This document shows positions 1-11,640 of a DNA stretch of 64,000 nt, in pieces. The stretch is from Camelus ferus (lineage: Eukaryota): assembly GCF_009834535.1 (NCBI RefSeq), contig NC_045696.1, positions 119,352,001 through 119,416,000 on the forward strand, written 5' to 3'. How positions within the stretch are numbered: the first letter of the stretch is position 1; each line of letters opens with the position of its first letter. Below the pieces are notes generated by a model that had not been told where the DNA came from, searched no databases, and saw only the letters and a program-made list of their open reading frames with translations. The position numbers were made by a program, and so were the translations under genes.

Positions 1-87
1 AAGGCCTCGCTAAAATCCGCGGAAGTGAAACACCGTAACCACCCCCGGAGGAAGGAATCTCCGCGCCAAAGCCGCGGGGGAACTCAC

Positions 88-140
88 CTTACAAAGCGAG
101 GCCAGCCTCCGCTCCTGGCACCGAAGAGCTTCCGGCGTGC
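88..140 (-). other. OXNAD1: Probable non-coding first exon of OXNAD1 (5' end approximate)
   Basis: Perfect minus-strand donor AAG|GTGAGT (exon ends at 88, GT at 87-86) inside the CpG island, pointing away from DPH3. Gene identity rests only on the known DPH3/OXNAD1 head-to-head arrangement in mammals; no OXNAD1 coding sequence is in the window. Confidence 0.55.
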
Positions 141-447
141 CCAACGTGACGCAGCTGCCGCGCGAGCGACCCCCACGTTTCATTGGTCGTTGCCGCCCGA
201 TGGGCGGAGAGGTGCGCGACCTCGCTGAGAGGTCTCCGCCCCCTAGCTCTGCCATCTCCATGGGGACCGCTAACCGGCACCCATTTGTCCTGCCAAGCCC
301 GGAATTGCGTTATTGCCTATGCGCCGGAAGCGGTCGTTCCTGCGCCGGTGCGCGGTGACGTCACCAGGCTGGGCCGCCGCCCGCGAAGTAAGGCCCCGGC
401 CTGAGTCGGAGGGCGGGGGCGGCAGTCCTGTGCTGGCCCCAGTGACG

Positions 448-555
448 ATGGCGGTGTTTCACGACGAGGTGGAGATCGAGGACTTCCAATATGACGAGGA
501 CTCGGAGACGTACTTCTACCCCTGCCCATGTGGCGATAACTTCTGCATCACTAAG
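448..555 (+). CDS. DPH3: DPH3 diphthamide biosynthesis protein 3 (CSL zinc/iron finger), coding exon 1
   Basis: ATG at 448; [36 protein letters not shown]; donor AAG|GTAACT; 108 nt, phase 0. Confidence 0.98.
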
Positions 556-1075
556 GTAACTTAAGGGCCACACCCCGCGACTTTTTGGAGCAGGCGCGAT
601 CTCGCCCTGGTGCGGCCCTCCTGCCAGTCCGTCGCCCAGGTGGCCCCTAGTCATCCGCGCCCTTTTTTGATCCGTTCTTGAATTCCCCGAAGTTGATACT
701 CTGAGGTGTCAGTGGGCACATAGTTGTGGCCTTCATTCGGGCCCCGAGGCGGGGCGGGAGCATGTCTTCTCGCCATCCTCTCCAACTTAAGGCTCCACTT
801 TCTGGGATACTCCTGGAGGAAGGGACGTTTTTGTCTTCCCGGGGGTCTTGAGACGACTGAACCTTGATTCACCCTCCTGAGTGTTTCCCCCAAGTGACGC
901 TTCCAGGGAAGAATGGAGCCGGCATTTCTTTTGCTTAGAAGGTCCTTGTGGTCCTCACATACTTTGTGGGGATGTAAGCCTCAAAGGAGCTTGCCCATAG
1001 AGGCGGGAGGGCTTGGGAGGAGGCGATCGCAAAGGGAAGACTGTGCTGACCATACGGTGTTTGATTTCGTTACAG

Positions 1076-1150
1076 GAGGATTTGGAGAATGGAGAAGACG
1101 TGGCAACGTGCCCTAGCTGCTCTCTCATTATAAAAGTGATTTATGACAAA
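1076..1150 (+). CDS. DPH3: DPH3 coding exon 2
   Basis: Acceptor ttacag|[28 protein letters not shown] containing the CPSCSL motif; donor AAA|GTAAGG; 75 nt. Confidence 0.98.
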
Positions 1151-1934
1151 GTAAGGGGCCACATTTTAAAAGGTGAGGGGAGGGTTGGGAGGACCTAGAA
1201 GCAGACTGTGGTTTGTAAGTGGAGAATGTTGTCTAACAGTTTGGTAGGTAGATGCTATGTTTTGTAAAAACAAGTTTTAAAACCGGTAACTAAACAGCTG
1301 TCTTATAAAATTTTTAAAGCTCAAATTTAACTCATTTTAGCTTTGGAGAAGGCAATAGGGAAAACTGCTCTGAATCTAATGAAAATTATTGATTACTTAT
1401 TAGATACAGGAAAAATAATTGTAAAGATCATTTGACAGTCTTTATGTTTCCTTTATTTAATAATTAAAATTGTTCGGGTCTCTTGGACTTCTTTTGAAGG
1501 GAACAAGTGTATAGTATGTCTTACCTGACTTACACATAGAACTCTGCATTATCTTGTTTGAGATATAAGTCAGAGTTGCAAGTCTACAATTTTAATTTTA
1601 GTCTTTAGTTGTGCTTAGCATTTTCACCCAAGGATATTGACAATAGAAAACAAAATAAATGTTATTACTGCCCACCTTCACTTAAACTTTTGTTCAGTAC
1701 TTTGAAGGGAGTCTTAAGTAATAAACTTAACATTCTTTTTTTCTGGGTTTTTGTTTTTGAGATATAATTGACCTATAACAGAGCTTAACATTCATAAGGA
1801 AGAATCAAGGCACTTAGCCTCAGGACAGAAGCAGGCTGTAACTTAGACTACACTTTAGAGGCTTACTGATTTATTCCTGCATTTAAATGTGTTCTGGAAG
1901 AAAAAGAGAGCAGGACAAGGGAGATCAGGAATGC

Positions 1935-3080
1935 TGGTATGAGAAGGATTTGCAATTTTAGAGTGATCACAGCAGGTCTTATTAAGAAAGGCCTTACTGA
2001 GCAGAGATTGAAAGAGATGAGGGAGTGAGCCCTGTACAGAGAGGGGGTTGAGAGGGGAAAAGACGTCTGGCAAAGCGAACTTTCACTGAAGAGGCCCTGA
2101 GGCCAGAATATGCCCAGTTGTATCAAGGAGCGGCAAGGGGGCCAGGGCAGAGAAAGGAGGGTGAGAGCGCTCTGAGATGAAATGCAGGGAGTGGGGCAGA
2201 ACACAGTGTTTGTGGACCACTTTTAAAAGGACTTTGGCTTTGCTGTGCATGCTTTGGGAAACCCCTGGAGGATTCTTGAACAAAGGAGTGCTGTGATCCA
2301 GCTTCAGTTTAAAAGAATGATGCTGGCTGCTCTGTTCAGGGTGGACTGTTGAGGGCGCAAGAAGAGAAGCAGAGTACAGTTAGGAGGCTGCTGGACTAAT
2401 CTAAGGAGGAGACGGGTGGCTTGGACCAGGCTGCAGCAGTGGAGGTAGTGAGAAGTGGTTAGGTTTTGGATGCACTTTAAAGGGTAGAGTTGGAGGGTAG
2501 AGTTGGTCGTAGGATTTGAGAGGAATCAAGGAGGATTTCAATGTTTATGGCCTTCATAACCAGAAGGGTGGATTTACCATCCACTGAGGGGAGGGGACTG
2601 CAGGTACAGGGGCGTGCACTGGCCATACTCAGTTTGAGAGGTCTATTTTCATCCGTGGAGTGGGTGAGAAGGCAATTGGATATGCAGGTCTGGAGTTCCA
2701 AGAGTGATCAGCATATAGAGAGCATTTAGAGCCGTGAGACTGGGAGAGATCACCAGGCTGTGAGTGTAGTGATGGACCCAAGGTGGGACTGAGCCCTGGG
2801 GCTCCCCAGCACTGAGAGGGCAGGGAGGGAAGCGGAGCATCAGCAGAGCTGGCTAAAAGGAGCACCCGCCGAGGAAGGAGGAAAACCACCAGTGCTGTAT
2901 CCTGGAAGCCAGGCAGGAAAAGGGAAGGAAGTGCTGATAGATTGAGAACTGAAAATTAACTATGAGCCGTCACGGGGAGGCCACCCATGACGGTGATGAG
3001 AGCAGATTCAGGGGAGTCACGGAGGCAGAGCCTGGGTGGTAGAAAACGCGTGGGAGGCGGCAGGGGGAGGTGTCTCTTGG
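1935..3080 (-). mobile_element. Ancient LINE-2 fragment(s) in DPH3 intron 2
   Basis: Purine-rich degenerate sequence with typical antisense L2 phrases (ggactttggcttt...gggaaacccctggagg, ctggctgctctg...gagagaagcag). Boundaries approximate. Confidence 0.65.
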
Positions 3081-3544
3081 GGAGGTTGCTGCGGAGGGAG
3101 CAGGGACCTGCGGCAGGACTGGTCGGGGTGAGCATCAGGAGGGGGGTTGAGGTAGACACTCAGCTCCACGGGTGAGTGTAGACGCAGCAAGTTAGATTGA
3201 ATGAGGGTTGTGGTTCTGCCAAGTGAGTAAGAAGGTGTGAGGGAAGGGCAGCTGTTGTGATAACTGACCAGGGAATTGAAACTAGGGAAATATTCGTGAC
3301 TGAGGGGCAGTGGGGGTCCCGGGGGTTGAGGGTGGAGTGAGGGATCCCAGGGGATAGATGACAGCCCCGGAGAGGGGGAGTGATGATAGTCTCATGCACA
3401 AGACTCAGAGTTGGTGGGTTTGAGAGAGGGAGTAATGGCAGAAGGAAGAGCCAGCCCCTCCTCCAGTCTGTGGGGCTCTGCGGAAACACACAGCTGCCTC
3501 TCGAGGGGTCGTGGGGGAGACCGTGTCCTCAGGGGATGGCCTCT

Positions 3545-3760
3545 TCTCCACCTCAGCACTGTGGGCACTGGGGCTGAATAACTGTTGCGCAGAGCTGTCC
3601 TGTGCATTGTGGGGTGTTCGGTAGCATCTTGGCCTCTGCCCCTTAGATGCCAGTAGCACCACCACCCAGTGTGTCAACCCAAACGTCTCCAGACATCGCC
3701 AAATGCCCCCAGAGACAAAAGCAACCCCTCCCTCCTACCACCCCTTGAGAACCTCGCGTT
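3545..3760. mobile_element. MER20-like hAT-Charlie DNA transposon
   Basis: ctgtcctgtgcattgt...tagatgccagtagcacc...ctccagacatcgccaaatgcccc...ttgagaacc resembles the MER20 consensus. Confidence 0.75.
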
Positions 3761-4278
3761 AGAACAAGGCGTGGGGATGTTTTTAAAGAGGTTGAGAATA
3801 TACAGAGCACCTCACTGAGGGTGGACCGTAAACTCTGGAGATCACAGTGGGAGGGTTCCAGGTGCTGGGCAGGAGTGAGAGGTTGATGGGGACAGATTAC
3901 AGGCTGATCATAATGGGGTCAGGAGGTGAGGGGTACCCTCGGAGGCAGAGGTTTCCTGGGCTGGCTGGCAGGAGCTAAAGTAAAGAATCAAGAGACTGAA
4001 CTTCATTTCCAAAGTAGCTGACATTGCAGATTATCTGTGTTGAACATAAAGAGCTCTGCCTTTTAGTTGGAAGAAGTAATTACTTTGAAGAGGGCAGGTG
4101 TTTGAGTGACCACATACTGAAGTGGAGAAGTCTTAGTGTAAGTAGTAATTAGGACAGAAACTTAAAAGGTGTGACATGTCTTTTAGAAATGTGGATACTC
4201 TGTAGTGAAGATGGACCTGTTTGTTTATAAGATGAGGTGCATTAAATTCAAGACTAAAACTGATATGCTTTTAAGATT

Positions 4279-4471
4279 ATTGTAGAATAGACTACACTGT
4301 ATAGCACAGGGAAATATACACAAAATGTTATGATAACTCACAGAGAAAAAAATGTGACAATGAGTGTGTATATGTCCATGAATAACTGAAAAATTGTGCT
4401 GAACACTGGAATTTGACACAACATTGTAAAACGATTATAAATCAATAAAAAATGTTAAAAAAAAAAAAAAA
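4279..4471 (+). mobile_element. Short 5'-truncated L1 3' end with poly(A) tail
   Basis: tgtatagcacagggaaatat...acaacattgtaaa...atcaataaaa followed by an A-run; candidate TSD aagatt (4273-4278 / 4470-4475). Confidence 0.85.
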
Positions 4472-4637
4472 GATTCTGATTCTGGCGCTGACACTGACTC
4501 CCTGAACGAGGAGAAGTGATGGAGGAAAGGGAGAAGTTGGCAGAGCTGGCCTGATTCTGTACCAAAGCGAGTCTTCACGTTGTTGCATGTGTGACACAGA
4601 CGCTCGGTGGTTAATGTGATTTCTTGTTCTGTCTTAG

Positions 4638-4703
4638 GATCAGTTTACGTGTGGAGAAACAGTCCCAGCCCCTTCCACCAACAAAGAATTAGTTAAATGC
4701 TGA
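4638..4703 (+). CDS. DPH3: DPH3 coding exon 3 (spliced product 82 aa)
   Basis: Acceptor ttcttgttctgtcttag|GAT; DQFTCGETVPAPSTNKELVKC then TGA at 4701-4703. Confidence 0.97.
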   Translation, partial: DQFTCGETVPAPSTNKELVKC

Positions 4704-5995
4704 AGAGGACTTTAGGAATCAAAAGCATGAACTTTGGGAACTGAGCCAAGCTGGAAAAATCAAATGCAAAGTTACCGGCTTTTGTAGTTTGCTGCTCCAT
4801 TAGGGCGTGGACTCCTTCCATCGGCCGCCAAGTTCATCCTCAAAGAAGTGAGCCCATGTGGACATGTTCTTAATTTTCCATCTGAATTTAAAGGAAGATA
4901 ATTTCAAAGCAGTGCTTTCTTCCCCTCCGTTGTGTTATGTTTTATATCTTACACACAATTATCTCATTATCTGCAAACAGCGTATCTACCTCAAAGTCAT
5001 TCAGATTCTTTAATTTAAAAAAATGGGGATTTTATTTTTTCAGTTTGTTATTAAGATGATTAAAGTTAGCCCTTTGTCATTTGACCTCAGCTTTGCGGTT
5101 CTAAACCGAAGAAATTTTGTTGCCCACTAGCTGGTCAGGACACACCAGTCCCTGAGGTCTGGCCCTCAGTCAAGTGCCTGTGTTCTGTTCAGTGTGCCAT
5201 TTCACTTATGCCACATACACTGAGTTCTGGTCGTGCTGTTAAAGAGGAGATACACTGAGCTCACAGTTTTTTCAGAGCTAAAAGTTAGTGAGTGAAGAGG
5301 AAAAGTCAAAAAGTGAAATGGTCTGAGAAGGTGGAGTTTCGTTTCCAAGATTCTGCATGTTCCTTGAAAATCAGGACAAGAGAAGCAGAAAAACAGATAA
5401 AGGAAGTGAAATTGGTAACAGACTGAGAGAAGAATATGCCTGCTTCGTGATTTAAATGCTTGAGTGGGTTTGTGAAATCAGCAAATACTCCTCCTGTGTC
5501 TGGGTTCTTGTCTGTATCTGTTTTGAGGTAAGGCTAATGAGATTTCACTCCAGGGAGGGGTGAATGTCTTCGTGGCTGTGCTTTCAGCAGTACCGCCCAA
5601 TCGAGTCACTAGCCTGCAAGGTAGAGCTCCCACAACAACCGTTGTATTTGCTGAGGATGAGCTTGGAAATGAGATGCCTGTCCTAGTTAAATATGCCCCT
5701 GAGGGCGCATCTAGTAAGCCTCTAGACGCTGTGACCACACCAGACACCCACTGTCACAGAGAAACGTTGCCATGGAGAAAGAGACGTGGAGACAGGCGCT
5801 CAGTCTCCTTTGCTGCAGTGCTGAGAGGAGCAGGAAGTTGGAATCATCTGCATTTAAATTCCAAAATTCCTTTTATATACCCACCATTGCTCTATGTATA
5901 TAAAGTTGAAAAAACCTCGCTGATATCTGGTAGGTTGTTCTGGGAAGGGCTCCTCCAATTAGAGAAAAAACAGACTGGATATTCTGTTACTAACC

Positions 5996-6001
5996 AATAA
6001 A
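5996..6001 (+). terminator. Candidate proximal poly(A) signal for DPH3
   Basis: AATAAA 1.3 kb after the stop codon. Confidence 0.45.
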
Positions 6002-6966
6002 TGTGCTGCACACGCCGTTGGGGGTTTAGATTCAAACAGGCGAGGGGCCTTTTTTAGCTGCCAGCAGCATGGCTGTGTGGAGCCGTTATTCTGAGACACA
6101 ATAATCACCAAAAATTATATGCCAGACTGCTTGGTACATTATGTGAAGCATATGGCATGTTCCTGATGGCACACTGACGCCCCAGAAGTAATCCACGGTT
6201 GCCTGGGAATCAGTGACGGCTCAGGTGAACAGAGCAGTATGTGTGCTTACTGGTGGGGTCGAGCTGCACAGAGAAATGTACTGTCCCACCCTCAGACCTG
6301 GTGGGTCTGGTTACTGATACCGTTAGCTTCCTCAGCTGATGGCGCATTTCAGACAAGAACGGACACCCTGATGTCCGGGTTTACTGTGAGCACTGATGAG
6401 CAGGGAGGAAAGCTGCCCAAGTCCAAACAGCACAGAAGGAAAAGAGCACATGGCGCCATCAGTGCCGACCTCCAGAGCAGCTGAGGCACTACATTTGTTA
6501 ACCACAGAGGACACACCAGGACTTAATCCTACGTTAAGCAGAAAGTAAAACCAGGGTCTTACAGGTGTGGCTAGAGTTCTGTGTGGCGGACGTGCCAGAG
6601 CACCTCTGAGGGCTGATCTGTAACCCAGGCTCTGTCTGGCTAGCTCTGTAACCTCCGGCCAGGCCAGTGGGATCCTCACCTGTACAATTAGGAGGCTGGC
6701 CCAGGTCACTTCTAAACTCAGTACTCTGGTTTTAGGCTTTGTAGCTTGCAGGAGCTGAATGGTAGTTGAAACCTTTCTAAACTAAAAACTAACGATGAGA
6801 AGGAGAATCCAGTCTTCAGTAACTCAGCATCACCATCACAGCACCTCAGCAGTCAGCTGTTGGAGGATTCTGCGTATACTTTAGTTTACCTGCTCAGAAA
6901 CCGTTCTCTTGGAAAGCACCCTTGGAAAGTTATTTTGGATAACTGTACCTATTAATTTATTATCAG

Positions 6967-6972
6967 AATAAA
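6967..6972 (+). terminator. Candidate distal poly(A) signal for DPH3
   Basis: AATAAA followed about 45 nt later by a U/GU-rich tract (tttgttttcatgtttttctt). Confidence 0.55.
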
Positions 6973-7349
6973 TTTTACTGGCATGCTAAGTAAAGACAGA
7001 TTCTTCACATCCATTTGTTTTCATGTTTTTCTTCCCCTAAATACCAACATTATGTATCAAAAGGTTATAATGTGATTGTATATGAGGTGAAGTCTTCACC
7101 TGCTTTGGGACGCTGAAAGTAGGTTTCTAGTATGGACAGTACAGTTTTTAAATAGGGAAGAAATTGCCACTGCAATGAAAAAAAATTGCAGTTCAGCCAC
7201 ATGGGTTTCAGTTCTGGATTTTTGTTATTTGGGGGGGAAATAGCTTTCAATTAAGTGGCAGTAAGGCAGAGGTAGTTGACATTCTTAGGTGAGTTACTCA
7301 GTTTATTGCAGGGAAAGAAGGGTGATATTTTACTTAAGATTAATGGTCA

Positions 7350-7505
7350 GTGGTCTGAGAGCCCAGCTCCAGTCAGGACACAGTTTGAATCTTGGTTCCT
7401 CCCCTGTGATCTTGGACAAATTTCTTAAATCTTCTTGTATCTCTGTGTCCTGGTCTGTGAAATATAGACCATAATAGTACCTTTTTCCCACGGTCGCTCT
7501 GGATT
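7350..7505 (+). mobile_element. MIR SINE fragment
   Basis: MIR core tgtgatcttggacaaatttcttaa...tctgtgaaat...ataatagtacc. Confidence 0.65.
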
Positions 7506-7854
7506 CATTCACTCGGCAAGGGTCCGTGGAGTGTTACCACCTGCCCGGCACTGAAAGAGGAGGAGACGTAGGTTTCTGCCATCACGGACTTACCCGCGAC
7601 TGGAAGACAGGGTGCCGGCTGGGGTCGGGGCCCGGGAGGAAACCAGCCACCTGACATGCTGCAGAGGGGCCACCGCCCGCGACCTGACGAAGGGTAGACG
7701 GAAGGCCTCTTGGGTCTGGATGGGAATGAACCAGCCTCGTGAAAACGATTAAATGAGCTAGTGACCAAAACGGTCACCCCCATGCCTATCGCATGCGCCC
7801 CTCCTCCCAAAAAGTTAACTATTCTAATGCCAGAAGGAATTCATTGTCTTGAGC

Positions 7855-8160
7855 ATTGACAGCATTACTAAAATAAATATGAAAAGTGCAGAGTATTGGA
7901 CGCCCTTCCCCCACACTCACGGAGTCTCTCTGGGGCTGGGTTTGGACAAGCCCTCCAGGTAGTTCTGAGGCAGCTCGAGTGTGAGAACCACGGGTCCAGA
8001 GCTGGTGTTAAACTTGGCAGCACATTAGAATCACCTGGAGAGCTTTTCAACCCATGCTGCCCGACAGAGACTTCATTGGTCCACGTGCAGCTTGGGCATC
8101 AGGGTCGTCCGTAGTCTCCCTGGGGATTCTAACGTGTAGCCCGAGCTAAGAACCAGCGGA
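7855..8160. mobile_element. MER5-type hAT-Charlie relics (two adjacent copies)
   Basis: acaagccctccaggtagttct...gagaaccac and gcacattagaatcacctggagagctt...gattctaacgtgtagcc...agaaccagc. Confidence 0.65.
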
Positions 8161-9382
8161 CTCCTCTGGAAAAGAAAATTCACCATCGCAAAGGATCCAG
8201 CTTTCTCAATGGTCACACCTTGTTAGCACCTGGGACAAGAGCATGGGCTCAGTGGGCCACCTGCTCTGTGTTCAGGTGTGCAATCAGCCTGAACAAGTGA
8301 CTGCAGAGCCCACGCCGGGCTGATGACCCCAGTAGGAGTGCCCCAATCTGGGCAGCTCCTGAGCTGTGCCCCTACTTAAGCAGACAATCGCATTGTCCCA
8401 GACACATTCCGGCTGCTAATTACACACCTGACAAAAGTGACCGCTTCTGCAGGTGGAATTAGGATTTCTTTTAACTTTGAGGACACCTGCCATTTCCTAC
8501 TTCCTACAAAGGAAACTGCTCATGATTTCATATTTGACAAGGAAACCATCTTACAAATGATTCCTTTTTAAGGGTTTAAAACAAAGGGCACATGAAAAAA
8601 AATCAGTTAAAAATACTATCCCTAGCTCAGAAAATGCTTAAAATGGGAGAGGGGTGTCCAAGGAAGACAGCCACCTTGGTCCTGGCAAATGAGGGGTATT
8701 TGATGGGGGAAGGGTTTCCATACGAAGTGGCTCCCGTATTAGGGTGAATGTCGTAAGGGGTGAGGCATCCCAGTAAGTGGTACAGAGCACAGGCGTTGCT
8801 GCAGTGGGTCCACCCCTGAGACTGAGACAGGTAAGCAGTTCTCACCTGAGACCTGACCGGGAGCAGACCAGTTACCAGGCATCACCAGGCAAAGATCTGG
8901 GGCTAGACCTCATCCTTAGAGAGGAGCTGAGCTCTTGGATAGGGCTGAAGTTCATACCTTTGGGCAAAGATTAACACCGAAATTGAGGGTGGGAAAGAGG
9001 GGAAACCAACTCTTAGTGGGTATCACCTGTGCTCTAGGCTGTTTACATACAGCAGCACAGGGCACCCAGGGTCACCCCGGAGGGCATGGCGTCCCCATCT
9101 ACAACCTCAAATGGCAGAACTTGCAATATTACTGTAGCCATCTCTAAACTACCAATCGGTGATAATGACAAGAGTGAACCAGCGTGGATGGGGGCTTTGG
9201 GCCATTCAACGAGATTAAATGAAAGAATATATGTAAAGCAGCACAGTGTTTGCATGCAGTAAGGACTCAAAAACAACAATTTAATCTTACATATTTCTTG
9301 CTCTATCAGAAATGACTCAAGACTATGCCCAAGAAACTTAACCTGAATTTAAAAGTTCGGACAACAAGGAACTCAGCCGGGA

Positions 9383-9935
9383 TGTGTCAGGGTTCAGTGC
9401 AGAGAAGCAGAAGAACCGTGAACGGTGGAGAACAAGGGATCTGTTAGAGGGTCAGACTTCACGTGGCTGTCGGGGAGAGAAGGGGGCATCAAGACAAGAC
9501 TGTTATCTCTGCATCTGGTGCTGAACTGAGCCTGAAGTAGCTACAGCTCAGCCAAACTCGTAGCTGGGGGGAGAAAAACCTTGGTGTGAACCAGAGAAAA
9601 TACAGACTGGAGCCTACCTGTTTCTGCTCGCCTCCAGCCTGGCGGCGGTGGGGACTTCCGGGGAAAGCGGGCGCCCTTCCCCAGGGAGTCGGAGAAGTAG
9701 CTGGCGCAGGACGAGGCAAGCGGGCACAACAGCAGCAGTGCGCCTGAGCACCCACAGTTCCCGGTGCTCTGCTCCAGCCTTCAGAGCATAAACATGTGTC
9801 TGCCCCTTTCCTTCTGGCTTCCAAACCTCGCACAAGCTTTCCCCGGCGGTCCGTGCTCACCCAGGACCATCCGGGAAACGGGGTTCTGGGAAATGTAGTC
9901 CCGGAGTCGCAGCTTCGCTAATTGTCACCATCCTC
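9383..9935 (-). mobile_element. ERVL-class (MLT2-like) solo LTR, unusually CpG rich
   Basis: On minus it carries actacatttcccagaa near its 5' end and finishes gaaccctgacaca, a layout typical of ERVL LTRs. Exact family not determinable by eye. Confidence 0.55.
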
Positions 9936-11640
9936 AGTGTCGGGGGAGCGGAGCAGGGGCGCGACACTCACTGTTGTTCATCAGGTAAAGTGATACTAGC
10001 ACGATGTCATTTAGATCAGGCTGCGATGCTGACTTCATTATCCTCGTGTTAACGGAAACATGAAAACAAGTCCGCCTCTCTCATCTTGCTGGCCAGACAG
10101 CAGATAACAATCCCACGGGATTAATTTTTGCTTCTGGGCTGTGTTTTCCATATTTGAATTCAGAGCAACATAACTCTAGTAATAATTGGTTAATGCCTGC
10201 AAAATCTGCCGTATATCCATATTATGGTATTTACTAGCTCTAATTATAGAGAGAAATGGGACATATGCTCATATGATGTCATTAAAAGTGGGTAGTCATG
10301 GAAACCAGGATTACCCACCTTACTGATGTGTCTGTTACCTGGTTGCTGGAATTTGGGGAACGATTCCTTTTGAGTGTTTTTACTGCAACAAATTCCCTGA
10401 GGTGCCCAGCAGTTTGTTATCCAGACTGTTTCAAATCAGGTAAGAAGTTCACACTTCAAGTCTGATATGATCTGTGTGGCCATACCTGAAACCTTAAACT
10501 CTGGACCGTGAGCCGAAAGTGCCAGTTGCAGTTTATATATTCGTAGCAAGAAACAGCCTACTTGCAACGTGTCCATCTGTCTTGGCTCAGCCCTCAGCAC
10601 ACCCTGCTGAGGTAGAGAGGAAAAAAAAATAGTGAAGTTAGACTGAAATGAAAAAGGACTTTCTGCTTGTAAAAGGGCTAAGATTATTAATAGTTACCCC
10701 CAGATGGATAAGCAGTGACATTCAATCAATAAGTAGGCTCCAAGCATTTTCTTTGTTTATGAGTTGAGCTGAATCTCTGTGCAAAGGGGAGGGGGAGGAT
10801 TTAAAAAAATAGAACTACGTTACAGAGAAATTTTAAGAACATAAGCGAAATACTTTTCAACAATAAGTGACAGGAATATATGTGTTAGTTAAATGATTGG
10901 AAACTTTGTTCTCTTTGCAAAACACACACCTTCCTCACCATGAATGTTAAGGAACTAAACACTGCATGGACTTGAGAAGGCAGAGGAGCGCCTGACCCCG
11001 GCCAGATGGCTCCTGTTCTCCGCGCTTGCCATGTGTTCCTGCCCATCTGTGGGCTCAGTGGGACCAGGCCCTGGGCAGAGGCCAAGGACGGTACTGGTCA
11101 CCTGTCCAGGCCTTGGTCTCTCCACTGTAATACCAGGGCGGGAGGTCAGAGAAATGACTTTGGAGAGCTATCCCAGCTCTGTACTGATGTGACTTTGAGC
11201 AAGCGAATGACTCTTCCAGTTTCTGTTGGAGCTGTCCTGGCGTGCCTGAAGGGGCCACCTTGAGGTGACTGCTGTGCCCGGGGCTGGGGACTGAGGGGAG
11301 GGGGACGGAGAAGCGGGGAGAAGACAAGCTCTCTCCAGAGTAACTCTGAACTGACAGCAGCCAGGGCCCGAGGGGGAAGCCACAGCCCCATGGGACACAA
11401 TGCACAAGGGCATGTGTGGCCAAAACCTCTCTGGTCCATGTGTCCTCCTTCCCAGGGGCCAGCCTACTTAATGTGAATGACATCTGTGGGACCTTAAGCC
11501 GAGGTTGGGGGCAAACACGGCCCACTGGTTATCACTGGCCTCAGCAACACCCCCAGATGCACTTAGCAGGGCTTTTGCATCCCAGAGCTGCACTGTCCAG
11601 AGTGGTAGCCACTAGCCACACAGGGCTTTTGTTGTTGTTA

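Larger units (their letters stand above)
1..760. promoter_or_regulatory. CpG-island bidirectional promoter shared by DPH3 (+) and the head-to-head gene (-, OXNAD1 by synteny)
   Basis: Very GC/CpG rich. ETS/GABP-type motifs CGGAAGTG 20-27, CTTCCGG 129-135 and CCGGAAG 324-330; CCAAT box on minus (cattgg 181-186); GC box gggcgg 201-206; palindromic CRE TGACGTCA 356-363. Confidence 0.85.

Noticed and set aside
2198..2212. GRE-like AGAACAcagTGTTTG
   Set aside because: Single imperfect match inside an L2 relic in DPH3 intron 2, far from GALNT15; expected by chance.
5560..6000. 146-aa ORF in the DPH3 3'UTR
   Set aside because: GTG start, downstream of the DPH3 stop codon, no recognisable homology.
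6332..6345. CTCF-like TCAGCTGATGGCGC
   Set aside because: Two mismatches at high-information positions.
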